64,000 nucleotides of DNA. It comes from Scyliorhinus canicula (Eukaryota). Under the pieces are notes generated by a model, which did no database searches, was not told the DNA's origin, and saw only the letters and a list, made by a program, of their open reading frames with translations. Within the stretch, counting starts at the first letter, position 1. Each line of letters starts with the position of its first letter. The stretch covers positions 1,550,001 to 1,614,000 of the forward strand of contig NC_052176.1 in assembly GCF_902713615.1 (NCBI RefSeq). The letters are read 5' to 3'. The position numbers were made by a program, and so were the translations under genes. Of the stretch, positions 37,071-49,529 are shown piece after piece.

Positions 37071-40000
37071 ATAACTTTATAAAGTTTTCAGAAGGCGCTG
37101 AAAGATCGATTTGTTCCAGGAGTGATAATATAAGAAATAGGGCTTGGTTAGTTTATAAACAAACTTTATTAAAGCAAAAGTAAACATTATTTAAACATTC
37201 CAACTTCAACCCTAACGATAACTGATTACATGTAGTTTCTGAACCGTAACACATTAGTTTCCATTAAACATTACTTTAAATAAACACGTAACTCTCATGC
37301 CATCTACGCAGGCAAAGGCAATACTTGCATTTACGAAGCAATTTTTCTTCTGTGAGGGACGTTCTTTCAGAACCCTTTTTGCAAAGCCTGCCTCGTTGGC
37401 ACTTTCATCACTTCTCTCGGTCGATTTCTGAAGCCTTTCCCCCTATCTGTTCAAAACAGCATTCCTTCTCATGCTCTATCTCTGAGCCCTGCCCAGCCCC
37501 TCGAACAAAGGTTCTCTGCTGGGGTGTCCAGACCTGAACCCATCATCGTTATCTTGGCTGTTTGATAGCCCTTTTATACAAAAGAACAGAGCCATCTTAT
37601 TGATATGCAACTGACCTCCCGTTGACCAACAAAGAGGCCATAAGACTCTAATGGGCTAATAGCTGGTCAGAAGGGAATGTCCCGAAGAACAATGGATCTG
37701 GGGGCATCCTGTATATTTCCACTCACGTGTCTGACTGGGATAATCCAGGTATGCGCGTATCCCTCTGATTCCATTTTAGCAGTATTTTCCCTCTGTCGGT
37801 TTCATCCCGAAATTGCCCGCTACATTGGGGTCTCATTCCTGGACCCGATTTCCTAATATCTCCCTCGTGTAACAACATTGTTAAGCAATTTTGCCTTATT
37901 AATGGTTATGGACAGGTAATGGTTATTGGCCCCTGTGGGGAAATTATAGGGAGTTTGTGTCTCTGTCGAGTTGGATGAAAAATAAACTTGCTGAAGGTAA
38001 AAGACAAACTACTGTATTATTCCTCCAGCATATCTTTGTGAGGGCCACGAAGAATCCAGCACGGGTTGGTGGAGTCAAACAGAAAGTAACTTTATTTACG
38101 ACCATATGTACACAATGCCAGTGGTTCACCACTGATTCCCTTTCCAGCCGGTACCACACTGGCCAGCTCTATGTATAGAGCTGCACTGTTAATGATTGCT
38201 CCGCGCCCCCCTCCCCCCCTCATTGGGGGAGCTCATATTCCCCAAGGAGCATGGGGTAACCAATTGTCCCCAGCCAGTAGGATCCGGGCAGGTGATAACG
38301 CACGCACTAACACGTTAATGTTAGCAGAGGAGGCCAGAGCTGAGCATAGGCACCAGCACCGACTCGTCGGGCCGAATGGCCCGTTTCGGTGCCTTATAAC
38401 CTACCTGACCCAATGTACAATTCCCTTCAGCGTCCCGGAATCCGGTCAACAAAATAAACACACAGGAAATGTTGCAAATGCTCAGCAGGTCGAGAGGTAC
38501 AGAGTTAACGCTGCCGATGTCCTTCCTGGAAGGAGTTGAGAAAGTGGACAGCCTGTAAGCCAGTCCGGTCATGGAAGGAATATGTGGTGGGGGGGGGGGG
38601 GGGGGGGGGGGGAGGGGGGGGGGGGCTGGGCGATCCGCGGGCACGGGGGGGGGTCTTGATCAGGGGCTGGGGGCAATGTGGGGGGGTGGTTCAGGGTGCG
38701 CGAGTCGGCCAACGAGGGGGCACTATTTCACGGGCCGGGTCCGTGAGCGGCCTCCGCCACGTAGCGCGGCGTGGCTGCGCGGCAACGGCGTCGCTGGCCG
38801 GGCCCAGTATTTATTGCCCCATCCCCTAATCGCCCCCTTGAGAAGGTGGCGGCATCGTAGTGGTTAGCACTATGGCTTCACAGCTCCAGGGTCCCAGGTT
38901 CGATTCCCGGCTTGGGTCCCTGTCTGTGCAGAGTCTGCACGTTCTCCCCTCCGTGCCTGCGTGGGTTCCCTCCGGGTGCTCCGGTTTCCTCCCACAAAGT
39001 TGTGCAGGTTAGGTGGATTGGCCATGGTAAATTGCCTTTAGGTTAGATGGGGTTGCTGGGTTACCGGCAAGGTACCAAGGTACCGGCAACTCGGGCAGTT
39101 GCCCGGGGCGCCATGTGCTCGCCATGCGCCGAAGTTCAGATTGCCCGGGGCGCCAGCAACCCTAGGGCCGGCGCTGGTTACAGGGATAGGGTGGACGGAC
39201 ATTTTACGGCCTTGTCGAGCCAACGCTGCTACCGCCCGAGCCTGCAAAATGTTGCAATCGTTTTCTGGAAACTAGCTCACGTCACCTTCCCCCGCCACGC
39301 GCGCGCGCGGCAACGGACCGGGGCGTAACGGCAGCTCGAGCCGGGGTGCTCTACGCTGCTGCCCTGCGAGCCCCCAGCCAAACGGGGAATCTTTGGCCGC
39401 TTTACCCCATTTTCTCTGGCGTAAAACACCACCGATCCCACCCACGCCAGCGTGGGGGACATAGCCTCAGAATCGGAGACTCCAGCCCCACCCAGAGCCA
39501 GGATCGAACCTGGGACCTCGGCACCGCGAGGCAGCAGCGCTAACCACTGCGCCACCGTGCTGCCCCAATCAGAGTCCATCTCAGTGTTACAAAATGCAGG
39601 GGTTTGGGAAGAAATCTACGTAAATTCTTGCAAAACATTATCTAGTCGTGACAGCTCAGCCGGAAATCAATCTCAATTCTCTCAAATACATGTTATAGAC
39701 AGGAGGGACTACTGAATAATAAATGCATTTATTAATCTCTACAGCGACATTACACCTACAAGAGATTGAGAGCTGCAAGGGCCAAAATTTATCGATTCAT
39801 GTATTGTTCAGAAAACAACTTGGTCCGTCAGTACGCACAACGCTGTATACTTTACAGCGATAGGCATTAGCCAGAGGCACTTTGCAAAGATTGTCTTTCT
39901 CAGCATGTGGGAATGCGATGAAAAGTGGAATGCGATTGGAAAATGAGACGCCGGACCCTGACACGCATTTGTTGCCGTAGGTTAATCACACGACATGGCT

Positions 40001-40154
40001 CCTATTGATTTAGAGCTCTTCCAGTTTGCCATCGGCATGCTCAGTCGCCCGGAGCCGTTTTGGGGGAAGGTGATGTGAGCTCATTTCCTGAAAACGATCG
40101 CAACATTTTGTCTTGGTCGACAGGCTCGGGCAGTAGCAGCGTTGGCTCGACAAG

Positions 40155-40506
40155 GGGCAGCAGGGTAGCATGGTGGTTAGCATAAATGCTTCACAGCTCC
40201 AGGGTCCCAGGTTCGATTCCCGGCTGGGTCACTGTCTGTGTGGAGTCTGCACGTCCTCCCCCTGTGTGCGTGGATTTCCTCCGGGTGCTCCGGTTTCCTC
40301 CCACAGTCCAAAGATGTGCGAGTTAGGTGGATTGGCCATGCTAAATTGCCCGTAGTGTCCTAAAAAAAAAGTAAGGTTAAGGGGGGGGTTATTGGGTTAC
40401 GGGTATAGGGTGGATACGTGGGTTTGAGTAGGGTGATCATGGCTCAGCACAACATTGAGGGCCAAAGGGCCTGTTCTGTGCTGTACTGTTCTATGTTCTA
40501 TGTTCT
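40155..40506 (+). mobile_element. HE1/V-SINE-type tRNA SINE, representative full copy
   Basis: A/B boxes; core gggtttcctccgggtgctccggtttcctcccaca; CR1-like tail with ttctatg repeats. Other copies near 9017-9327(-), 16941-17275, 28199-28521(-), 30239-30565, 35095-35410(-), 46026-46366, 46896-47236, 51277-51602 and 63146-63490. Confidence 0.85.
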
Positions 40507-40845
40507 AAGGCCGTAAAATGTCCGTTCCACCCTATCCATGTAACCCAGCAACCCCATCTAACCTAAAGGCAATTTAGCCCGGCCAATCCACCTAACCACA
40601 TCTTTGGACTGTGGGAGGGCACCCGGAGGAAACCCACGCAGGCACGGGGGAGAACGTGCAGACTCCGCACAGACAGGGACCCAAGCCGGGAATCGAACCT
40701 GGGACCCTGGCGCTGTGAAGCCATAGTGCTAACCACTACGCTGCCGCCACCATCTCAAGGGGGCGATTAGGGGGTGGGGCAATAAATACTGGGCCCAGCC
40801 AGCGACGCCCACATCCCTGTGAACTGATAATTTTTTTAAAACTCA

Positions 40846-41070
40846 GGGCGGCATGGTGACACAGTGGTTAGCGCTGCTGCCTCACAGCGCTGAGGGCCTG
40901 GGTTCGACCCCGGTCCTGGGTCACTGTCCGTGTGGAGTTTGCACATTTTCTCCGTGTCCGCATGGGTCTCGCCCCCACAACCCAAAGATCTGCAGGGTTA
41001 GGTGGATTGGCCACGCTAAATTGCCCCTTAATTAGAAAGAAAAAAATTATTGGTACTCTAAATTTGAAGA
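40846..41070 (+). mobile_element. Short V-SINE-related SINE with aattgg(g)tactctaaattt tail, representative copy
   Basis: Other copies near 23335-23542(-), 24537-24760(-), 28540-28768(-), 35430-35640, 41560-41785(-), 50278-50485(-), 58853-59070 and 63057-63644(-). Confidence 0.8.
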
Positions 41071-41945
41071 AAAAGTAAAATAAAAAAATGATTCGCCTCG
41101 TAACATAAGCACTATTATAATAACAGTAATCTTTACTGTCACAAGTAGGCTCACATTAACACTGCAATGAAGTTACTGTGAGAATCCCCTCGTCGCCACA
41201 TTCCGGCTCCTGTTCGGGTACACGGAGGGAGAATTCAGAATGTCCAATTCACCCAACACGCACGTCTTTCGGGACTTGTGGGAGGAAACCGGAGCACCCG
41301 GAGGGAAAACCATGGAGATGTGGGGGAGAACGTGCAGACTCCGCACAGACAGTGACCCCAAGCCTGGAATCGAACCGGTTCCCTGGCGCTGTGAAGCAAC
41401 AGTGCTAACCACCGTGCTCCTTCATCTATGCCTTTATCATTGAGTAAACGCGGCGACTTGGAAATTAAGCCTATTTTGTTTCATTTTCTGGCCCTATTAT
41501 TCCAACTCCAGTTAGACAAAAGAAAAAGCCAGACAAACGCACCTAATTTTGAACAAACAAAATGTTTTCGAGTATCCAATTAATTGCTTCCAATGAAGGG
41601 GCAATTTAGCGTTGGCCAATCCACCCGCCCTGCACATCTTTTGGGTTGTGGGGGGGGGGGCGAAACCCACGCAGACACGGGGAGAATGTGCAAACTCCAC
41701 ACGGACAGCGACCCAGAGCCTGGATTGAACCCGGCACCTCGGCGCCGTGAGGCAGCAGTGCTAACCATTAGGCCACCGTGCTGCCCACATCGCCTCATTT
41801 AATACGGAGCAAAAATCAATTTTTTGGTTTGTGTAGAAAAGTAAACGCTCTGTGTCAATACATTGCACAGTTATTCCAGAGTACCGTCATTCCGTTTAGC
41901 AAAACAATGAGTAAATGCCCACAAAACCTTTCGAAGACCTGGAGC

Positions 41946-42521
41946 TTAAGGATTTTTCCTCTGTTTGAGCGCAAACAGCTTTTTCACTGTGGTTCGTTCA
42001 TGTTCCCGGCCGGCACTCGGCGTGTCCTTTCCTGGGTTTTGAGGTTCTTTCGCGGCGATTAACCCTCTCTTGTAACATTCCAGTTCCTCTTGCGCAGCTA
42101 GCAGCTGAGCCTTGAGCTTGTTGCGCTCCTGTAACACCTCCCTCAGCTCCTGCAGCGTGAAGCGCGGCCGGTCGGGGTCGTTAACGTCCGCCGCCGTTTT
42201 GTCCGGACCGGTGGCCTGCTCCGCCGGCGAGCAGCTCCTCGCCTCCCGGAGTTCCCCCTGCAGCCTTTCCGTCTCCGCCCTCAGCACCTCGCGTTCGAGC
42301 CTCAGCGCCTCCGCCGCCAGGCTCTGCTTGTCCACCAAGGCCTCGAATATCTCCAGCACCCTGATTATCTTGTACTGCAGCTCCGCCACGGTGCGGCCCT
42401 CCGCCGCGCCGCTGAGCTTGAATAAATCCCGGCCGATGATGTAGGACATGTCGTAGACATCTTCCGCCGTCAGGTCGAACGGGTCTTTGTCGAATGCCGA
42501 CGCGGGGCTCGGCTCCTCCAT
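41946..42521 (-). CDS. RILPL2: RILP-like protein 2-like, intronless full-length ORF (191 aa), nested antisense in MACROD1 intron 2
   Basis: RH1-like DPFDLTAEDVYDMSYIIGRDL...LQYKIIRVLEIFEALV, RH2 DPDRPRFTLQELREVLQERNKLKAQLL and C-terminal TTVKKLF, all in one uninterrupted ORF. Confidence 0.9.
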   Translation of the reverse strand: MEEPSPASAFDKDPFDLTAEDVYDMSYIIGRDLFKLSGAAEGRTVAELQYKIIRVLEIFEALVDKQSLAAEALRLEREVLRAETERLQGELREARSCSPAEQATGPDKTAADVNDPDRPRFTLQELREVLQERNKLKAQLLAAQEELECYKRGLIAAKEPQNPGKDTPSAGREHERTTVKKLFALKQRKNP

Positions 42522-43192
42522 TGACCTCCCTCGCAGTGCCCCCGACCAGCTCCCCGACCAGGCTAAAGCTGCAAACGAGAGCAGCTGAACATGTGGAGTG
42601 CAGGAAGTGCTGTTTGACAGGCGGCTGGCTTCAGGAAAGCCTCAGACAACCGATAAGGCAGCCTTCTGTTCCACTACCAGCTTCAGGCAGCTTCCCACAC
42701 TTCCTCTTCGTGTGCTCAGCTTTTTCACATGACAGGAAGCAGGGAGGCTGCTTGGCTGACGGTGTTGAACAACCAATCCAGGGTTTTGTTTGGCAATCCT
42801 CGGTTGCTTAACGACGGCCACAGAGAAGCGGAACCTGTGCTTGTTCTTTCTCCCTGCTTCCAGAATCGCTTCCCTTTTTAAAATGTTTATTGAGGCAAAT
42901 AGTAAGGGCTCAACATACATGGACACAAAGGGGGCACAAGAAAACAGCAGCTCAATCCAATCGTTTATTTTTTTTAAATATAAATTTAGAGTACCCCCTG
43001 GTTTAGCACACTGGGCTAAATCGCTGGCTTTGAAAGCAGACCAAGGCAGGCCAGCAGCACGGTTCAATTCCCGTACCGGCCTCCCCAAACAGGCGCCGGA
43101 ATGTGGCGACTAGGGGCTTTTCACAGTAACTTCATTTGAAGCCTGCTTGAAATGAAATGAAAATGAAAATCGCTTATTGTCACGAGTTGCAA

Positions 43193-43381
43193 ACGTTGGC
43201 TGAGTCGCACGAGTATGTACCGCGTACCTGGTGGGTGGTGTTCTCGCGTGTAATGGTGGTACCCACGTCGATGATCTGGCACGTCTTGCAGAGATTGCCC
43301 TGGCAGGGTTGCGTGGTGTCGTGGTCGCTGTTCTGAAGGCTGGGTAGTTTGCTGCAAACAATGGTCTGTTTGAGGTTGTGC
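43193..43381 (-). mobile_element. Penelope-like element ORF fragment (Cys-rich linker before the GIY-YIG domain)
   Basis: Hand translation: HNLKQTIVCSKLPSLQNSDHDTTQPCQGNLCKTCQIIDVGTTITRENTTHQVRGTYSCDSANV. Confidence 0.7.
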
Positions 43382-43559
43382 GATACTCAGCAGTGTGAGC
43401 AGCCAGGGGCCTGTGAGGTGCACCACAGGGGTGTGAGGAGCACCACAGACTGCAGCAATGGGGGTCTGAGCCAGGCTACCCACAATTCCACGGGGGACAC
43501 CCCGAGTTCACGGACTTGACATCCGGCCCAAGCAGCCATCCCTTGACCAGAATGCCAAT

Positions 43560-44171
43560 GGGCCCGATTCTCTGATCGTGGGACAGGGTGTCCGCGCCGT
43601 TGTGAACGCTGTCGCGTTTCACGACAGCGCGAAACGGGCGCGGGCACGAGCGATTCTGGCCCCCACAGGAGGCCAGCACGGCGCTGGAGCGGTTCACGCC
43701 ACTCCAGCCTCACTTCCTGCCGCGCACTGGGGGCGGCACCGATCCGCGCACGCGCGGTGGCTTTACGGAACGAGCCAGCCCCGACGCGGGGGTTCCGGGG
43801 CCGGACGCACAACAAAGTAGGCCCAGAGGGGTGGGGGGGGGGGGGGGGGGAGGCCGGCCCGCAGATCGGAGGGCCCCGAACGCGGGCCAGACCCCATCGG
43901 AGGCCTCCCCCAACCCCCGACCCTTCGCGCAGAGCTCCCGCCGCAGGTGTGGATGGTGCCGGCGGGACTCTGCTTTTTCCGTGCGTCCGCTCAGCCCATC
44001 CTGGCCGGAGAATCGGCGGTCCGGCCTCGTACAGCGGCCCGCGGCCGGCGCCGTGCCAAACGCGCCGGCGCCGATTCTCCGCACCTCGGAGAATCGGGCA
44101 CCGGCGTCGGGGAGGCGTGGCGCGGTTGCGGCGATTCTCCGGCCCGGCGCGGGGCTGGGAGAATCGCGCCC
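43560..44171. mobile_element. GC-rich MITE, PIF/Harbinger-like
   Basis: TIRs gggcccgattctc / gagaatcgcgccc; 3-bp TSD aat; internal hairpins. Confidence 0.7.
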
Positions 44172-44519
44172 AATGCCGGAGCCGCTCCGCCAACTATGGC
44201 CTCTGACCTTTGGCCTTGCTGTCCACCCATCCCTCGTCTCACAATCTCCGTAACTGCGCGATCGTTACCAATTGATGGACGTCTCTTCCCAGCGACGCAC
44301 AACATCCTCCTCGCAGAGTAATTCCCGATGCATTCATTCAGCCTACCTGTCGCTTAATAGCATTGGAAATATTTGGCGAATTGATTTCTAAACTTTGTCA
44401 GCCTTCAGCCTGAGTCCGATCAGTCGAAAAATAGACAAACCTTGAAACGCGCAGGTTTGGGAATGCCGAGTAGCTGACTGGTGTCTATTTTGATTGACAG
44501 CTTTCTCCAAAATATTAGG

Positions 44520-45365
44520 GATTTGGCTTTGTTTATTGTCACGTGTACCGTGCTGCAGTGAAAAGTACTTTTCTCCGAGCAGCTCAACAGATCATTAAGT
44601 ACATTAAGTACATGAAAAGAAAATACATAATAGGGCAACACGAGGTACACAATGTAACTACATAAGCATTGGCATCGGTTGAAGCATACAGGGGTGTAGT
44701 GTTAATCAGGTCAGTCCATAAGCGGGTCGTTTAGGAGTCTGGTGACAGCGGGGAAGAAGCTGTTTCTGAGTCTGTTCGTGCGTGTTCTCAGACTTCTGTA
44801 TCTCCTGCCCGATGGAAGAAGTTGGAAGAGTGAGTAAGCCGGGTGGGAGGGGGTCTTTGATTATGCTGCCCGCTTTCCCCAGGCAGCGGGAGGTGTGGAC
44901 GGAGTCAATGGGTGGGAGGCGGGTTCGTGTGATGGACTGGGCGGTGTTCACGACTCCCTGAAGTTTCTTGCGGTCCTGGGCCGAGCAGTTGCCATACCAG
45001 GCTGTGATGCAGCCTGATAGGATGCTCTCTATAGTGCATCTGTAAAGGTGGGTCAGAGCCAATGTGGACATGCCGAATTTCCTTAGTTTCCTGAGGAAGT
45101 ATAGGCGCTGGGTTAGGTGGATTGGCCATGATCAATTGTCCGTATTGTCCTAAAAAGTAAGGTTAAGGGGGGGTTGTTGGGTTACGGGTATAGGGTGGAT
45201 ACGTGGGTTTGAGTAGGGTGATCATTGCACGGCACAACATCGAGGGCCGAAGGGCCTGTTCTGTGCTGTACTGTTCTATGCTCTATGTTCTATGTTCTGC
45301 TTTCTTGGTGGCCGCGTCGAAGTGGGTAGACCAGGACAGAATTTTGGAGATGTGCACCCCTCGGA
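44520..45365 (-). mobile_element. Rex1/Babar-type LINE 3' fragment with a SINE piece
   Basis: YRCTIESILSGCITAWYGNCSAQDRKKLQ. Confidence 0.85.
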
Positions 45366-47549
45366 ATCACAGGAAGTTTGCTTGAAATGCTTTAAGAAAA
45401 AATGGGTTACGGACAAATACATTAGTGTGTTGTGCGCTGTATTGATGTGCGGGTTTGAGTGCAACGTTTTCATTGCCTCCTTCAGGACCGTGACAGTACC
45501 ATTGGAGGAGGTGAAGAGAAATGTTCAGTTCAAAATAAAACGGAGTGTTTTGCTGTAGAATATACATTGAAAATTTAGGACAAAAACAGGCCATTCGGCC
45601 TAACAGGTTTCGGCAGTTCCCGATCCTTCTCCCATCATGCTTAATCTCACCCTATCATCACACTGCCCCCTTCCATTCTCCCTCATGTAATTATTTAGAT
45701 TCCTCTTGAACACAGCCCAGTCCGTCACGTGAATCTGCCTCCCGTCCATTGACTGTCTACACCTCCTGCTGCCTTGGGAAAGAATAATAATAACCTTTAT
45801 TGTCACAAGTAGGCTTACATTAACGCTGCAATGAAGTTACTGTGAAAATCCCCTCGTCGCCACATTCCGGCGCCTGTTCGGGTACACAGAGGGAGAATTC
45901 AGAATGTCCAATTCACCCAACAAGCACGTCTTCCGGGACTAGTGGGAGGAGACCGGAGCACCCGGAGGAAACCCACGCAGATCCACCCGGGACCCTGGCG
46001 CAGTGAAGCCACAGTGCTAACCACGGGCCAGCACCGTAGCATAGTGGTTAGCACAGTTGCTTCACAGCTCCAGGGTCCCAGGTTCGATTCCCGGCTGGGT
46101 CACTGTCCGTGCGGAGTCTGCACGTTCTCCCCCCGTGTTTGCGTGGGTTTCCTCCGGGTGCTCCGGTTTCCTCCCACAGTCCAAAGATGTGCGGGTTAGG
46201 TGGATTGGCTGTGCTAAATTGCCCCTTTGTGTCCAAAATGGTTAGGTGGGGGTTACTGGGTGACAGGGATAGGGTAGAGACATGGGCTTAAGTCGGGTGC
46301 TCTTTGTAAGGGCCGGTGCAGACTCGATGGGCCGAATGGCCTCCTTATGCGCTGTAAATTCTATGATAACCACTGTGCTACCCTAACTATGCGGGCAACA
46401 TAATCACAGACCTCTCCCACCCGGGTTATTCTCTCTTCCAACCTCTTCCATCGGGCGGGAGAAACAGAAGTCTGAGAACACGCACAAACAGACTCAAAAA
46501 CAGCTTCTTCCCCGCTGTCACCAGACTCCTAAACGACCCTCTTATGGACTGAACTGATCTCTTCACACACCTTCTCCTGAGTACTACTACACTCCTGTAG
46601 GCTTCACCCGATGTCTGTGTCTATGTACTTACCTTGTGTATTTATCGTTTGTCCTATGTTTTCAGGTATGGAACAATCTGTCTGGATTGTATACAGAACA
46701 ATACTTTTCACTGTACCTCGGTAACTGTGACAATACATGTAAATCGATGCTAATCATTGTGACCACTCCTTGTGGTAGCGAGTTCCACATTTGCATCATT
46801 CCCTGGATAAAGAGTGTCTCTCCTGTGTTCGCTATAGGATTTATTAATGAGTCTCTTCTACTTACGATCCTTCATTTGAGTCTTCCTCCACAAGGGGGCA
46901 GCACGGTAGCACAGTGGTGAGCACGGCTGCTTCGCAGCTCCAGGGTCCCGGGTTCGATTCGCGGCTTGGGTCACTGTGTGTGCCCGCGGAGTCTGCACGT
47001 TCTTCCCCCGTGTCTGCGTGGGTTTCCTCCGGGTGCTCCCGAGTTCCTCCCACAGTCCAAAGACGTGCAGGTTAGGTGGATGGGCCGTGCTAAATTGCCC
47101 CTTATTATCCAAAAAAGGTTAGGTGGGATTACGGGGATAGGGTGGAGGCGTGAGCTCAGGTAGGGTGCTCTTTCCAAGGGCCGGTGCAGTCTCGATGGGC
47201 CGAATGGCCTCCTTCTGCACTGTCAATTCTATGATTCTGTGATGCTGTGAAGTAGAAACAATCTTCTGGATGGTTGCTGAGCATTGACCTCTGCTGGGAA
47301 GTTTCTAGACTCTGGCCGCCACCCACGTCCATTGATCCAACGAGATCAGGCCCCAACTGTGCCTCGTCTCGAACTCTGACCCCAGTTTGGCTGTTGGGGT
47401 CGCAGTGCATGGGTGAACTGGAATGTGACCCTGTGTCGCCTTGAACCGCAGACTGAATGAGAACGGACTCCGACTCCCACTTCTCCGGTACTCCATTGCT
47501 GTAGCACATTGGGCAACCTCAGGATGCTCCCATATCCCTTCACAGCCAA

Positions 47550-48550
47550 TTGGATTTTGTTAATGGTCACGTGTAGCGAGGTACAGTGAAAAGTATTTTT
47601 CTGCAAGCAGCTCAACAGATCATTTAGTACATGGGAAGAAAAGGGAATAAAGGAAAATACATAATAGGGCAACGCAAGGTACACAATGTAACTACATAAG
47701 CACCGGCATCGGGTGAAGCATACAGGGGTGTAGTGTTAATCAGGTCAGTCCATAAGAGGGTCGTTTAGGAGTCTGGTAACAGTGGGGAAGAAGCTGTTTT
47801 TGAGTCTGTCTGTGCGTCTTCTCAGACTTCTGTATCTCCTGCCCGATGGAAGAAGTTGGAAGAGTGAGTAAGCGGATGGGAGGGGTCTTTGATTATGCTG
47901 CCCGCTTTCCCCAGGCAGCGGGAGGTGTAGATGGAGTCACTGGACGGGAGGCGGGTTCGTCTGATCGACTGGGCTGTGTTCACGACTCTCTGAAGTTTCT
48001 TGCGGTCCTGGGCCGAGCAGTTGCCATACCAGGCTGTGATGCAGCCCGATAGGATGCTTTCTATGGTGCATCTGCAAAAGTTGGTGAGAGTTAATGTGGA
48101 CATGCCGAATTGCCTTAGTTTCCTGAGGAAGTATAGGCGCTGTTGTGCTTTCTTGGTGGTAGCGTCGACGTGAGTGGACCAGGACAGATTTTTGGTGACG
48201 TGCACCCCTAGGAATTTGAAGCTGTTAACCATCTCCACCTGGGCCCCGTTGATGCTGACAGGGGTGTGTACAGTACTTTGCTTCTTGAAGTCAATGAAAA
48301 ATGAAAATCGCTTATTGTCACGAGTAGGCTTCAATGAAGTTACTGTGAAAAGCCCCTAGTCGCCACATTCCGGCACCTGTCCGGGGAGGCTGGTACGGGA
48401 ATCGAACCGTGCTGCTGGCCTGCTTGGTCTGCTTTAAAAGCCAGCGATTTAGCTCAGTGAGCTAAACCAGCCCCTTGACCAATGACCAGCTCTTTAGCTT
48501 TGCTGGCATTGAGGGATAGATTGTTGTCGCTGCACCACTCCACTAGCTTC
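47550..48550 (-). mobile_element. Rex1/Babar-type LINE 3' fragment with a nested short SINE (about 48294-48473)
   Basis: FKFLGVHVTKNLSWS, KKAQQRLYFLRKL motifs. Confidence 0.85.
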
Positions 48551-49529
48551 TCATCCCGCCCTTTTGATGCGTCGCCGCTCTTGTGACGTCGGAGAAAATC
48601 TCCTCTGGCAAAAAGGCAGAGGTATCGTTTGCCAGCTCACCCCAAGCACTGCCAAGCTTGCCCACACCCTCCCTTCAATAGCTGAAGACTGGCGGTGTGG
48701 CACGGAGAGGTTTCGTTCTTTTGCCACCTCGGTTCTGCCATTGAGCAACTGAGCAAAGTGCCAGTAATAATCTTTATTAGTGTCACGAGTAGGCTTACAT
48801 ACACACCGCAATGAAGTTACTGTGAAAATCCCCCTCGTCTCCGTACTACAATCGAGCCTAAAATATCAGGCACTGCCTTTAGTTTTCGCAGATGCCAACT
48901 GACCCACTGCTTATTTGCAGCGTTTGCACTTTCTCCTCTATATTTTACTCATTTGCACCGTCTTCTAATCCTTTCAAATTTGACTGGTCCTACGTGATGG
49001 GTCATTATGGGCGGCACAGTAGCACAGTGGTTAGCACAGTTGCTTCACAGCGCCAGGGACCCGGGTTCGATTCCCGACTCGGGTCACTGTCTGCGCGGAG
49101 TCTGCACCTTCTCCCCCCCCCCCGTGTCTACGTGCGTTTCCTCCGGGTGCTCCGGTTTCCTCCCGCAAGTCCCGAAAGACGTGCTTGTTGGGTGAATTGG
49201 ACATTCTGAATTCTCCCTCCGTGTACCCGAACAGGCGCCGGAATGTGGCGACGAGGGGCTTTTCACGGTAACTTCATTGCAGTGTTAATGTAAGCCTACT
49301 GATAAAGATTATTATTGTTAGATGGAGTTATGCCACATATCAGCCACAATCTCACTGAATGGAGGGACAGGATGGAGGGGCTGAATTGTCTATTCCTGTT
49401 CCTGTGTTCTCCCTCTTCTCCGCCAACTGCAATTCCACATTCTAGCTTCACCAAATTCATTTTGACAGTAGGCTGGGGTGGGATCCGACATCACAACCCA
49501 TTAGTTGACACTAAGCTGACAGATACATA

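Noticed and set aside
43387-44321. CpG-rich region with long ORFs upstream of the RILPL2-like gene, as a promoter island or gene
   Set aside because: Explained by a MITE with TIRs and a TSD; co-option cannot be shown from sequence.
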